From assembly GCA_038212095.1 (NCBI GenBank), contig JBBQUW010000010.1:11084-75083 (forward strand): a stretch of 64,000 nt of DNA, written 5' to 3'. Below, piece after piece: positions 1 through 9,485 of the stretch. Both the position numbers and the translations under genes were made by a program. The notes under the pieces were generated by a model. It did no database searches. It saw only the letters and a list, made by a program, of their open reading frames with translations, and was not told where the DNA came from. How positions within the stretch are numbered: the stretch's first letter is position 1; every line of letters begins with the position of its first letter. The DNA comes from Gaiellales bacterium. Lineage in GTDB: Bacteria > Actinomycetota > Thermoleophilia > Gaiellales > JAICJC01.

Positions 1-983
1 GTCTCGTAGAACACCGTCGACAGCCTGCCGATCCGGCTGTCGCCGTCCACCAGCGCCACCTCACCCAACCGGCAGGCGCCCTCGTCGCTGGCGGCCCTGC
101 CGCGCAGCACCTCGACGCCGCTGTCGGCGTCGATCGCCACCGCCCGTCCACCCTCGAACCGCACCTCGAGTCCGCGAACGACCGTGCCGCCCACGTCCAG
201 CGGCTTGGTGGAGCGCACGTGCCCCTCGGTGCAGGTCGGGTCGGGGGTCGTGAACACCTCCTCGGACGGCAGGTTGGGCCGGTGAGGGATCCCCGCCTTC
301 GTCACGACGCCACCGGCCACGAACATGGCGCGCGGCAGCAGGCCGACCCGCAGATCGGTTCCGGGGCCTTCGAAGTGCAGCAGCTCGAACCGCCGCTCGG
401 TCAGCCGTCCGGCCGTCGCTGACAGGGCCGCCATCCGCTCCGTCCACGCCGCCACCGGGTCCGGTTCGTCCAGCCGGCAGACGTGGCCGATCTCCGTCCA
501 CAGCGCGTCCAGCGCGGCCTGGGGCCCCAGGTCGGGGTGCGTCAGCGCCGCCCACGTCGGCGTCGGCCCGGGTCCGATCGACCAGTTCACCAGCTGCTGC
601 ATGACCGACCGCAGCCACTCCTTGCGGGTGGGCGGATTGTCGCGCCCCAGCCGCTGCTGATCCAGCCCTTCCAGCACGGATGGGTCGGCGCCGCCGACCA
701 GCGTGATCGACGCGCAATGATGCTCGCCGATCTCGCGCGCCCGGTCGACCGCCCAGCTGGGCGCGTAGCCCACCGCGTCGTCTCCGCCGAACTCGATCCG
801 CGCCCGCTTCAGGTATGGATCGGAGTACTCCGCCTCGACGTGCAACGCGCCCGCCCGGTAGCAGCGATCCGCCACCGCTCGCACGAGCTCCCGGCACTCC
901 AGCGAGGCGTTCACGATCACGATCTGTCCCGGCTGGACGTTGGCGCCGAAGCCGACCATCAGGTCGGCCAGCCGCCCGGTCAT
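1..983 (-). CDS. M29-family aminopeptidase (AmpS/PepS-like), paralog 2; C-terminus runs off the left edge
   Basis: Absent from the ORF track because it has no stop inside the window. Reading the complement from ATG at 983-981 gives MTGRLADLMVGFGANVQPGQIVIVNASLE...FEGPGTDLRVGLLP...PSEEVFTTPDP...RFEGGRAVAIDADSG...LGEVALVDG, collinear block for block with the 992-2191 product. Confidence 0.8.
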   Translation of the reverse strand, partial: MTGRLADLMVGFGANVQPGQIVIVNASLECRELVRAVADRCYRAGALHVEAEYSDPYLKRARIEFGGDDAVGYAPSWAVDRAREIGEHHCASITLVGGADPSVLEGLDQQRLGRDNPPTRKEWLRSVMQQLVNWSIGPGPTPTWAALTHPDLGPQAALDALWTEIGHVCRLDEPDPVAAWTERMAALSATAGRLTERRFELLHFEGPGTDLRVGLLPRAMFVAGGVVTKAGIPHRPNLPSEEVFTTPDPTCTEGHVRSTKPLDVGGTVVRGLEVRFEGGRAVAIDADSGVEVLRGRAASDEGACRLGEVALVDGDSRIGRLSTVFYE

Positions 984-991
984 GTCGGCTC

Positions 992-2191
992 TTAGATCTG
1001 CCATGCGCCCGCCCTCAGCAGCGGCACCCGCTCGCCGTCGGCGCCGATGCCGTCGACGTCCACCTCGTCGCTGCCGATCATGAAGTCGATGTGGATCGAG
1101 CTGGCGTTGGTGCGCGCTCTGTCCTCGTCGTCGCCGATGGTGAACGGATAGGCGTTGCCGAGTGCGATGTGGCTGGCCGCATTCTCGTCGATCAGCGTGG
1201 TGCAGAAGACGGTGTTGGTCGCCCCCACCCGGCCCTCTCCGTCCACCAGCGCGACCTCTCCCAGCCGAGCGCCTCCCTCGTCATGGGCGATCCGGGCTCG
1301 CAGAAGGTCGACGCCGCTGTCTGCATCGATCTCGACCGCCCGTCCGCCCTCGAAGCGCACCCTCAGCCCGTTCACCATCGTGCCGTCGATGTCGAGCGGC
1401 TTGGTGGAGCGGACGATGCCCTCCGTTCGGTTCGGATCGGGGCTGGTGAAGATCTCCTCCGAGGGCAGGTTGGGATGGTGCCTGAGTCCGGTCGCGGTGG
1501 TGAATGCGGCCGCCATCCAGTTCGAGGTGGGCAGCAGGCCGACCGTGAGGTCTGTTCCGGGCCCGCGGAAACCGATCGCCGAGAACCGCCGCTGGTTGAT
1601 CCGGCCGGCAACCGCGTTCAGGGTATCCATGCGCTGGTTCCAGACCGAGACCGGATCGGCCTCGTCCAGCCGGCACATCCACTCGACCTGCGTCCACAGC
1701 AGCTCGAGCGCCGCCTCCGGCGACAGATCAGGGTGCACCTTGCGCGCCCAGTCGATGGTCGGACAGGCGATGATGCACCAGTTGATCAGCTGGCCCGTCA
1801 CCAGCTCCAGGTACTCGTGTCGAACCGGCGATTGGTCGGCGCCCAGCCGCGCGGCGTCGAGCCCATCGGTGGCTGCCGGATCGAGCGCGCCGTCCAGCGT
1901 GATCACGGCGACGCGCTGTTCGCCCATCTGCTTGACCCGGTCGACCTGCCACGGCGGCGCATACCCGAGCGCGTCGTCGATGCCGTGCTCGATCAGCGTC
2001 CGTCGCACGAGAGCGTCCAGATAGCTGACCTCCACGTGCCGCGCGCCGGCCCGGTAGGCGGCCGCCGCGACAGCACGGGCGACGTCCTCGCGGCCAAGCT
2101 CGGCATTGACGACCAGCGTCTGTCCCGGCTGGACGTTCGCTCCGAAACTCACCGCGAGTTCAGCCAACCGATCGATCCTCTGGTCACCCAT
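992..2191 (-). CDS. M29-family aminopeptidase (AmpS/PepS/aminopeptidase T-like), paralog 1
   Basis: 399-aa ORF with family-typical blocks FGANVQPGQ, GPGTDLTVGLLP, PSEEIFTSPDP, RFEGGRAVEIDADSG, LGEVALVDG, IHIDFMIG. Confidence 0.9.
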   Translation of the reverse strand: MGDQRIDRLAELAVSFGANVQPGQTLVVNAELGREDVARAVAAAAYRAGARHVEVSYLDALVRRTLIEHGIDDALGYAPPWQVDRVKQMGEQRVAVITLDGALDPAATDGLDAARLGADQSPVRHEYLELVTGQLINWCIIACPTIDWARKVHPDLSPEAALELLWTQVEWMCRLDEADPVSVWNQRMDTLNAVAGRINQRRFSAIGFRGPGTDLTVGLLPTSNWMAAAFTTATGLRHHPNLPSEEIFTSPDPNRTEGIVRSTKPLDIDGTMVNGLRVRFEGGRAVEIDADSGVDLLRARIAHDEGGARLGEVALVDGEGRVGATNTVFCTTLIDENAASHIALGNAYPFTIGDDEDRARTNASSIHIDFMIGSDEVDVDGIGADGERVPLLRAGAWQI

Positions 2192-2227
2192 CGCCCGGCA
2201 CTCTACACAAGCTAGTATCCGCCCCCG

Positions 2228-2554
2228 ATGAGTACTCTGGCCGACCAGTGGGATGCGATCATCGCCCGCCAGCCGGCCGACTGGTCGACGGTGGACATCC
2301 AGCTCGACCTGATGGATGCCAACCAGAGCGAGGAGGTTGCGCTGGTGCTGTCACCGCTCAACCCATGGCACGCTCGCGACTGGCGCAGCGGCACGTTCCG
2401 TTTCCGTGCAGCACGCGCGTTCGGCTACGGCACGGCGGCCGACCTCTGTCGCAAGCGGCTCTCGACGCTGGACACGGTCGGCGTCTCTGGCACGATGCGC
2501 GTGGTGTCGCGGATGGCGGACATCCGCCCGGTCGGCACCCAGGGCACCGTGTAG
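2228..2554 (+). CDS. hypothetical protein (108 aa)
   Basis: ATG-started ORF filling the gap between the aminopeptidase and pheT. Composition is not Arg/Pro-shadow-like. No family recognised. Confidence 0.45.
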   Translation: MSTLADQWDAIIARQPADWSTVDIQLDLMDANQSEEVALVLSPLNPWHARDWRSGTFRFRAARAFGYGTAADLCRKRLSTLDTVGVSGTMRVVSRMADIRPVGTQGTV

Positions 2555-2567
2555 TCGATCAGCTGGC

Positions 2568-4922
2568 TCAGCTCCGCAGCGACCCGCCCAGCCGGTCGGC
2601 CAGCGCGGTCACGATCCGGTCGCGGGCAGCGTTCGCCTCGTCGTCGGTCAGCGTGCGGTCGTCGGCCTGGAACACGAGGTGGATCGCGAGGCTGCGCCTG
2701 CCCTCGCCCACCTGCGGGCCCTCGTAGACGTCGAACACCTCGGCCGAGGCGAGCAATGGCCCAGCCGCCTCGCGCGTCACGGCCAGCGCCTGGCCGGCGC
2801 TCACGTCGAGCTCGAGCACCACGGCGATGTCCTGGCGGACGGACGGATAGCTGATCACGTCGCGGAAGAGCGGGATCTCGCCGTCGCGCTCCAGCTCGGC
2901 CAGGTCAAGCTCGAAGATGGCCACCGGCGCATCGATGCCGAACGCCTCCGCCACCAGCGGATGGAGCTCGCCCACGAAGCCGGCTCGCCCCAAGCTGGCG
3001 GAACGGCCCGGATGCAGGAACGGCTCCCCACCGGTCGCCACCGGCAGCTCGACACCCAGGGCCGCGGCCAGCGCCTCCGCCACCCCCTTGATGCGCGCGA
3101 AGCCGGCGCCCGCGCCGGCCAGCATCGCCGCTATCCGCACCGGCTGGAACGGCAGCTCCCCGCTGGACGGAAGCACGACGCGTCCCGTCTCGAACAGCTC
3201 GACCCGTGGCCTTCCGGCGTCCAGGTTGCGGCGGGCGGCGTCCAGCAGTCCGGGAAAGAGCGTGGTTCGCAGCAGCGCCTGGTCGGCGCCCATCGGGTTC
3301 GCCACCCGCACCGCCTCGCGGCGTGGGTCGGCGGCCGCCAGCCGCAGCCGATCAGCCAGCTGCTCGTCGCGGAACGCGGTCGTCACGGCCTCGCTGAGGC
3401 CGGTGCCGAGCAACACGTCCACCACCCGCCGGCGGAGCCGCACGTCGTCGGCCAGCCCACCTACCGCGTCGGCATGCGGCGGCATCACCGTCGGCACCTT
3501 CCAGACGCCGTCGACGCGAGCCACCTCCTCGATCAGGTCGACCTCGCGGTAGGTGTCTGCCGCTCGCCAGCTGGGCACTCGCCACCCGCCATCGCCGGCC
3601 TCGTAGCCCAGGCGGCCCAGCGCGGAGGCGATCTGCTGCTCGCTGTAGGCGCGGCCGATCAGGTGCTCGAGCCGCTCTGGCCGCAGCGGCACCACCCGCG
3701 GTTGGGGCAGCTCGCCGTGCAGATCGATGGTTCCCGGCACCAGGCGCGCGCCGCACAGCTCGACCATCAGCTGCGATGCCAGCGCCAGCCCGCGCGGCAC
3801 CAGCTGCGGGTCGAGACCCTTCTCCCAGCGGGTCGAGCCCTCGGTGCGCAGGCCCAGCCGGGTCGAGGCGGCCTGCGTCGCCGGCCCATCGAAGTTGGCG
3901 CACTCCACCAGCACCGTCGTCGTCTCGTCGCGCACCTCGCTCCACTCGGCGCCCATCAGTCCGGCGATCGCCGAGGGCCGATCCCGGTCGGCGATCACCA
4001 GCACGTCACGATCGAGGCCGCGGCTTTGACCGTCCAGCGTCACCACCTGCTCGCCGGGCGCCGCTCGTCGCACGATGATCTGCCGGCCCGCCACCCGGTC
4101 GAGGTCGAAGGCGTGCGTCGGCTCACCCAGGCACAGCATCACGTAGTTGGTGATGTCCACCACGTTCGAGATCGAGCGCATGCCGGCGGCCGTGATGCGC
4201 GCCTTCAGCCACGGCGGCGACGGCCCCACCCTGACGTCGGCGAACACGCGTCCCGCCCAGCGTGGACAGAGTTCGGGCGCCTCGATGCGGGCGGTCAGGT
4301 AATCGCCGATGGTGTCGTCGCCGCGCGGCTGCGGATCGATGCCCGGCCAGCCGGCCAGGTCGGCGTCGATCGCCGCCGATACCACACGAGCGATGCCGTA
4401 AACCCAGAGGCAGTCGGGCCGGTTGGACGTGATCTCGAACTCCATCACCTGATCGGCGATCGGCAGCACCTCGGACAGCGGCGTTCCCGGCACCAGCGTG
4501 TCCGGCAGCAACATGATGCCCTCGTGCTCCTGCGACAGCTCGAGCTCTCGCTCCGACAGCATCATGCCGTCCGACTCAACGCCGCGCAGCTTGGCCTTGC
4601 GCAGCACCGTCCCGTCCGCCAGCGTGGCGCCGGGAAGCACGACCGCCACGGTCGCGCCGGCCTGGAAGTTGGAGGCGCCGCACACGATCTGGCGCGGCTC
4701 GTCCTCGCCCACGTCGACGCTGCACAGCGAGAGCCGGTCGGCATCCGGGTGGCGATCGCGGCTGATCACCCGTCCCACCCGGTACAGCTCGACGCCGGCC
4801 GGCACGCCCCGATCGCTGATCGACTCCAGCTTGGTGCCGGTCATGCTGAGCAGCTCACCCAGCTCGGCCACGGACATGTCGAAGCTGACGTACTCGCGCA
4901 GCCACGAGACGGGCACCCTCAT
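2568..4922 (-). CDS. pheT: phenylalanine--tRNA ligase beta subunit
   Basis: 817-aa ORF trimmed to the internal ATG at 4922, which gives the canonical N-terminus MRVPVSWLREYV. That start overlaps the pheS stop as ATGA. Blocks IVCGASNFQAG and NVVDITNYVMLCLGEPTHAFD are present, and the C-terminal anticodon-binding-like domain is present. Confidence 0.95.
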   Translation of the reverse strand: MRVPVSWLREYVSFDMSVAELGELLSMTGTKLESISDRGVPAGVELYRVGRVISRDRHPDADRLSLCSVDVGEDEPRQIVCGASNFQAGATVAVVLPGATLADGTVLRKAKLRGVESDGMMLSERELELSQEHEGIMLLPDTLVPGTPLSEVLPIADQVMEFEITSNRPDCLWVYGIARVVSAAIDADLAGWPGIDPQPRGDDTIGDYLTARIEAPELCPRWAGRVFADVRVGPSPPWLKARITAAGMRSISNVVDITNYVMLCLGEPTHAFDLDRVAGRQIIVRRAAPGEQVVTLDGQSRGLDRDVLVIADRDRPSAIAGLMGAEWSEVRDETTTVLVECANFDGPATQAASTRLGLRTEGSTRWEKGLDPQLVPRGLALASQLMVELCGARLVPGTIDLHGELPQPRVVPLRPERLEHLIGRAYSEQQIASALGRLGYEAGDGGWRVPSWRAADTYREVDLIEEVARVDGVWKVPTVMPPHADAVGGLADDVRLRRRVVDVLLGTGLSEAVTTAFRDEQLADRLRLAAADPRREAVRVANPMGADQALLRTTLFPGLLDAARRNLDAGRPRVELFETGRVVLPSSGELPFQPVRIAAMLAGAGAGFARIKGVAEALAAALGVELPVATGGEPFLHPGRSASLGRAGFVGELHPLVAEAFGIDAPVAIFELDLAELERDGEIPLFRDVISYPSVRQDIAVVLELDVSAGQALAVTREAAGPLLASAEVFDVYEGPQVGEGRRSLAIHLVFQADDRTLTDDEANAARDRIVTALADRLGGSLRS

Positions 4923-5944
4923 CCGAACTGCTCCATGAACCGCAGGTCGTTCTCCCACAGCATCCGGATGTCGGGGATCGCGTGGCGCAGAGCCGCGATC
5001 CGCTCCACGCCCATCCCCCACGCGTAGCCGGTCAGCCGCTCCGGGTCGTAGCCGGCAACGTGGTCGAACAGCGTCGGGTCGATCATTCCCGCGCCCAGGA
5101 TCTCGACCCAGCCCTCACCGCGGCAGACGCGGCAGGGGGAGCCGTCGCGGGCACAGTTGAAGCAGGACACGTCCACCTCGACCGATGGCTCGGTGAAGGG
5201 GAAGAAGTGCGGCCGCAGCCGCACCTCGCGGTCGGCGCCAAACAGCTCGCGGGCGAATGCCAGCAGCGTGCCCTTGAGGTGGGCCAGCGAGAGCCCCTCG
5301 TCCACCGCCAGTCCCTCGATCTGCGTGAACATCGCCGTGTGTGTGGCGTCCGGCGTATCGCGGCGGAAGCAGCGCCCCATCGTCGCCATGTAGACTGGCG
5401 GCGGCTGCGCCTCCATGGTGCGGATCTGCATCGGCGAGGTGTGCGTGCGAAGCACCAGCTCGGGCGAGATGTAGAAGGTGTCCGTCCACTGCCGCGAGGG
5501 ATGGGTGATGGGCGTGTTCAGCGCGTCGAACGTGTGGTGGGTGGTCTCCACCTCGGGGCCGTCCGCGATCCGGTAGCCGAGGCCGACGAACACCTCCAGG
5601 ATGTCACGCCCGGTCTGTTCGATCAGGTGAGAATGGCCGCGTCGCACCGGCTCGCCGGGCAGCGAGACGTCGATCCGGTCGCGCAGCAACCGTTCGTCCA
5701 GCTCGGCCGCAGACAGCTCCGCCTCGCGCGCGGCAAGCGCCGCCTCCAGCGACTGCCGCACCTGGTTCAGCGCCTTGCCGCGCGGCCCGCGCTGCTCGGG
5801 CGGCAGGCCGCCAAGCTCGCGCAGCGCCAGCACCAACGGCGCCCGCCGGCCCAGCAGGGCGATCCGTGCCTGCTCGAGCTGGCCGGTGTCTCGCGCGGCG
5901 GCGATCGCCGCCAGGCCCTCGCTGTTGACGGCGTCGGCATCCAT
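4919..5944 (-). CDS. pheS: phenylalanine--tRNA ligase alpha subunit
   Basis: 341 aa with class II aaRS blocks HPSRQWTDTFYI, RTHTSPMQIR, GRCFRRD, GWVEILGAGMIDP, AWGMGVERIA. Confidence 0.95.
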   Translation of the reverse strand: MDADAVNSEGLAAIAAARDTGQLEQARIALLGRRAPLVLALRELGGLPPEQRGPRGKALNQVRQSLEAALAAREAELSAAELDERLLRDRIDVSLPGEPVRRGHSHLIEQTGRDILEVFVGLGYRIADGPEVETTHHTFDALNTPITHPSRQWTDTFYISPELVLRTHTSPMQIRTMEAQPPPVYMATMGRCFRRDTPDATHTAMFTQIEGLAVDEGLSLAHLKGTLLAFARELFGADREVRLRPHFFPFTEPSVEVDVSCFNCARDGSPCRVCRGEGWVEILGAGMIDPTLFDHVAGYDPERLTGYAWGMGVERIAALRHAIPDIRMLWENDLRFMEQFG

Positions 5945-5991
5945 GAGCGGCCAAGTCTACCCGCGGCCGTACACGGTACGCTTCGCAGACG

Positions 5992-6729
5992 ATGGCCACG
6001 CTCCAGAGCACACCTGACGCCTATGGCGCGCTCGGGGCGGACTACGACCGCTGGTGCCGGTCGGTCACCGAGGATATCGACTTCTACGTCGCCCTGGCGC
6101 TCGAATCGGGCGGTCCGGTGCTCGAGCTGGGCGTCGGCTCGGGGCGCATCGCTGTGCCGACCGCGATCGCCGGAGTGCCGGTGGTGGGCGTCGACCTCTC
6201 GATGGAGATGCTCGACCTGGCCTGGGCGCGCGCGCTGCCGCATGGGGTTGGGCTGGGGCTGGTACGGGCCGACATGAGAGCACTTCCCGACCTGGGCCGC
6301 TTCGCACTGGTGACGGTCCCGTTTCGCGCACTGCTGCATCTGCGCGACGACCAGGAGCGGATGGCGGTGCTGACCGCCGCCCGGGATCGGTTACTGCCGG
6401 GCGGACGGCTGGCGTTCGACGTCTTCCACCCCGACCGGATCGATATCGAGGAGACACATGGACGATGGCTGGAACGCGAGCCGGGCATCCAAGAGCGCGC
6501 CCTCTGGCGCCCTGAGGAGCGCAGCCTGACGCTGTCGGTGCGGACAGAGCACCGCCAATCGACTATGGAGCTCTGGTGGGTCGAGCCACGCAGATGGGCT
6601 GGCCTGCTCGCCCAGTGTGGATTCTCGACGATCGAGTCCTACGGCTGGTTCGATGGCCGTGCTTTGGCGGTCGGCAGTGCAGACTCGGTATGGGTCGCAG
6701 CAGCAACGGCGGCCGCGGCGCCTGGTTGA
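5992..6729 (+). CDS. class I SAM-dependent methyltransferase
   Basis: 245 aa with SAM motif [15 protein letters not shown] and post-I VVGVDLS. The 3' 167 nt overlap the convergent 6563-8077 ORF. Confidence 0.8.
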   Translation: MATLQSTPDAYGALGADYDRWCRSVTEDIDFYVALALESGGPVLELGVGSGRIAVPTAIAGVPVVGVDLSMEMLDLAWARALPHGVGLGLVRADMRALPDLGRFALVTVPFRALLHLRDDQERMAVLTAARDRLLPGGRLAFDVFHPDRIDIEETHGRWLEREPGIQERALWRPEERSLTLSVRTEHRQSTMELWWVEPRRWAGLLAQCGFSTIESYGWFDGRALAVGSADSVWVAAATAAAAPG

Positions 6730-8077
6730 AGTTGAACTCCGCGAACAGGTTGCCCAACTGGCTGGCGTTCTCCCGCACGCTGGGCCGCGAGTCGGGCCGG
6801 CCGTCGCTGGCGGGGTCGATGCGGGCGCCGCCCAGGAAGTCGTCCTCGATGAACTTCAGGTATGCGTCGAAGCTGAGCGTCTGATGGTCGATCATGCCGC
6901 GCCGGGCGTAGGGGCTGATCATCAGGCCGGGCACGCGCAGGCCGTAGCCCTGGCCGTCGACGTGCGGCGGCGCCACGTGGTCGTAGAAGCCGCCCCAGTC
7001 GTCCCAGCTGATGAAGATCGCGGTCGAGTTCCAGTTCGGTGAGCGCATCACCGCGTTCACCAGCGTCGTCACCCACGCCTCGCCCACCAGCGGCGTGGCC
7101 GGCGGGTGTTCGCTGTTCTGGTAGCTGGGCACGACCCACGAGACGTTGGGCAGCGTGCCTGCGCGAGCGTCTGCAAAGAACCGTCCGGCCGGCTGCACGT
7201 TCCCCAGCTGGCCGTCCGCCCTGACGTCGGCGAACCTGGGCAGCGGGTTCCAGATGCTGGGCGTGACCGCGTTCTGCTGCTTGACCAGGCAGCTCATCGC
7301 GCCGGTCGGGCAGTCCGGCTGGAGGCCGCCGGAGACGTAGTAGCGCCAGCTGACGTTGTGCGTGTGCATCAGGTAGGTGAGATCTGTCCATGGGAAGAGC
7401 GGCTGGCCGCGCTGAACGTGCGGCGGGATCGTGCGGTTGCTGGACGGCGTGCAGCTCATCGGGTCGCTGCCCGAGCTGCACTGGGCCGACCAGCCGGACA
7501 CCATCGCCAGGTGCGATGGCAGGCTCCAACCCAGGTTGGACGCGAACATGTGGTCCTGCAGCACGAAGTGGCGGGCGAAGGCCCAGTAGTTGGGGATGTC
7601 CGCGCCCGTGTGGTATCCCATCACGTCCGGCCGCTTGACGTTGATGATGCAGCGGGGATCGATCGCGGTATGCAGGCAGCCCGGCGTGCGCGCCTTCACC
7701 GCCTGCGCGACGAAGCCGTTCATCCGTCCGCCGGCGATATCCGAGACGGCGTTGATGGGCGAGTGCGGGCCGCCGCTGTCCACCTGCCCGAGGTCGTGGT
7801 AGGGCGGGACGCAGTGGCCGGAGGTGGGATCTGGCACGCACACAGTCGGGTGTCCGTGGCGCATCGGGATGCCGTCGGCGCCGGGGTACGTACCGAAGTA
7901 GTTGTCGAACGACCGGTTCTCCTGCATGATCACGATCACGTGCTGAATGCGGTGGATGGCCGCGGGCACCTGCACCGTTGGCGGCACGACTGCGGAGCTG
8001 CCACAGCCGCCGGCCACCGCTGGGATGCATGACGCCAGCCCCGCCAGCAGGTAGCGCGTGATGATCGCCCGGGACAC
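6563..8077 (-). CDS. phosphoesterase-family protein (phospholipase C / acid phosphatase type), probable lipoprotein
   Basis: Signature [20 protein letters not shown] and later [13 protein letters not shown]. The N-terminus [18 protein letters not shown] is lipobox-like. The last ~50 codons are Arg/Pro-rich and may not be genuine. Confidence 0.85.
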   Translation of the reverse strand: MSRAIITRYLLAGLASCIPAVAGGCGSSAVVPPTVQVPAAIHRIQHVIVIMQENRSFDNYFGTYPGADGIPMRHGHPTVCVPDPTSGHCVPPYHDLGQVDSGGPHSPINAVSDIAGGRMNGFVAQAVKARTPGCLHTAIDPRCIINVKRPDVMGYHTGADIPNYWAFARHFVLQDHMFASNLGWSLPSHLAMVSGWSAQCSSGSDPMSCTPSSNRTIPPHVQRGQPLFPWTDLTYLMHTHNVSWRYYVSGGLQPDCPTGAMSCLVKQQNAVTPSIWNPLPRFADVRADGQLGNVQPAGRFFADARAGTLPNVSWVVPSYQNSEHPPATPLVGEAWVTTLVNAVMRSPNWNSTAIFISWDDWGGFYDHVAPPHVDGQGYGLRVPGLMISPYARRGMIDHQTLSFDAYLKFIEDDFLGGARIDPASDGRPDSRPSVRENASQLGNLFAEFNFNQAPRPPLLLRPIPSLHCRPPKHGHRTSRRTRSSRIHTGRAGQPICVARPTRAP

Positions 8078-8121
8078 TGCTTACACGGTACGGCGACCAG
8101 GTTGGAGTTTCGTGGGTGCGC

Positions 8122-8877
8122 TCAGCCGGTGGCGCGCTGGCGCACGGCTTCGTACAGCGCCACGGTCGCCGCCGCGGCCGCGTTCAGCGACTCCGAGCCC
8201 TCGGCCTGCGGGATCGAGGCCGTCTCCTCGCAGGTGGCCACCACCTCGTCGGGCAGGCCGTGTCGCTCCGCTCCCACCACGAACACCGTCGGCTGCCGCA
8301 GGTCGAGCTCCCAGATCGAGCGGTCGGCGGTCGGCACCAGAGCCACTCGCCGCACGCCCTCGGGCGGCAGCGGTGCGTGCTCGATCGGCACCCGGAAGAC
8401 GGCGCCCATCGAGGCTCGCACGCCCTTGCCGGAGAGCGGGTCGGAGCAGCCCGGTGAGAGCGAGACGAATGCCGGGCCGAGCGCGCCGGCCGCACGCACC
8501 ACCGTGCCGACGTTGCCCGGATCGATCACGCGGTGCAGGTGGACGCCCAGGTCGCCTCCCGCACGAGGCGGCAGGCTATCGATGCGGTAGACCGAGATCA
8601 CGCGAGCGGGATGACCGAGCGTGCCCAACTCGGCCATCAGCGGATCGCTGACCACCTGCACGGGACCGCCGCGGGCAAGACGAGCACGCAGACCATCTTC
8701 GATCGGGCGGTCGGCGGCCACGAACGTCTCGACAGGCAACACGCCGCAGGCAAGCGCCTCGGCGACGATGTCCTCACCCTCGGCCAGGAACAGACCCACG
8801 GTCAGCCGGTTGCGCTTGGTCTGCAGCTTGCGCGCAGCCTTCAGCCGCGCGTTCGATCGCGCCGTGATCGGTTCCAC
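8122..8877 (-). CDS. TrmH/SpoU-family RNA 2'-O-methyltransferase
   Basis: 251 aa with SpoU blocks LDPGNVGTVVRAAGA, VVGAERHGL, IPQAEGSESLNAAAAATVALYE. Sits in the usual position after rplT. Confidence 0.85.
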   Translation of the reverse strand: MEPITARSNARLKAARKLQTKRNRLTVGLFLAEGEDIVAEALACGVLPVETFVAADRPIEDGLRARLARGGPVQVVSDPLMAELGTLGHPARVISVYRIDSLPPRAGGDLGVHLHRVIDPGNVGTVVRAAGALGPAFVSLSPGCSDPLSGKGVRASMGAVFRVPIEHAPLPPEGVRRVALVPTADRSIWELDLRQPTVFVVGAERHGLPDEVVATCEETASIPQAEGSESLNAAAAATVALYEAVRQRATG

Positions 8878-8904
8878 TGCCTCTGTCCTCTCGGCCGGTC
8901 GGCT

Positions 8905-9270
8905 CTACTTGGCCGCGGCCAGCGCGGTCTTCGCCGCTTCGGCCAGCGCCGTGAACGCCTCAGGATCGGCGACAGCGATGTCGGCCAGCACCTTGCGGTC
9001 GAGCTCGATCTCGGCCAGCTTCAGTCCATGGATCAGCTGGTTGTAGGACAGCCCGTTCAGGCGGGCGCCGGCATTGATGCGGATGATCCACAGACGACGG
9101 AAGTCGCGCTTGCGGGTCCGCCGATCGCGGTAGGCGTAGGTGAGCGACTTCATCACCTGTTCCTTGGCCCGCTTGTAGGTGTTCTTCTTCAGGCCGCGGT
9201 ACCCCTTGGCCTGCTCCAGCATCTCTCGACGCTTCTTCTTTGCATGAACGCTGCGCTTGACGCGTGCCAT
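8905..9270 (-). CDS. rplT: 50S ribosomal protein L20
   Basis: [26 protein letters not shown]...[23 protein letters not shown], a textbook L20 sequence. Confidence 0.97.
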   Translation of the reverse strand: MARVKRSVHAKKKRREMLEQAKGYRGLKKNTYKRAKEQVMKSLTYAYRDRRTRKRDFRRLWIIRINAGARLNGLSYNQLIHGLKLAEIELDRKVLADIAVADPEAFTALAEAAKTALAAAK

Positions 9271-9278
9271 CGCTCCTC

Positions 9279-9476
9279 CTACCTCTTGCCCAGGAGGCGC
9301 AGCGCCTCACGGTTGTCAGCCGGCGCCAGGCCGGTGTCGCGGCGCTTGAAGCGGCGACGCTTGGCGCTCTTGTGCTCCAGCAGATGCGACTTGAAGGCGC
9401 GACGGCGCAGCAGCTTGCCGCCGGCCGACAGTCGCAGCCGCTTCTTGGCGGCCGATTTCGTCTTCATCTTTGGCAT
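9279..9476 (-). CDS. rpmI: 50S ribosomal protein L35
   Basis: [37 protein letters not shown], a textbook L35 sequence. Confidence 0.97.
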   Translation of the reverse strand: MPKMKTKSAAKKRLRLSAGGKLLRRRAFKSHLLEHKSAKRRRFKRRDTGLAPADNREALRLLGKR

Positions 9477-9485
9477 CGGTGTCTC

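Noticed and set aside
4923-5021. Upstream-extended starts offered by the ORF track for pheT (5021), thrS (26834), the SBP (21705), the Liv SBP (36990), S58 (14159), the hotdog protein (13016), DppD (18101), LivM (35149), HDAC (37323), GNAT (38371), the PD40 protein (44074) and the regulator (50168).
   Set aside because: In each case the extension is Arg/Pro-rich, overlaps the upstream gene out of frame, and precedes an internal start. That internal start gives the canonical family N-terminus or a signal peptide, often with an SD or an ATGA/GTGA coupling overlap.
2316-5027. Very long ORFs on the strand opposite recognised genes. Examples: 2316-5027 (+) 903 aa, 815-2215 (+), 25380-27014 (+), 26278-28236 (-), 58553-59998 (-), 37500-38843 (-).
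   Set aside because: These are typical high-GC shadow ORFs. Their translations are Arg/Pro/Gly/Ala/His-rich with no family motifs. Each is fully covered by a gene on the other strand with clear family signatures (pheT, M29, thrS, kinase, MFS, HDAC).
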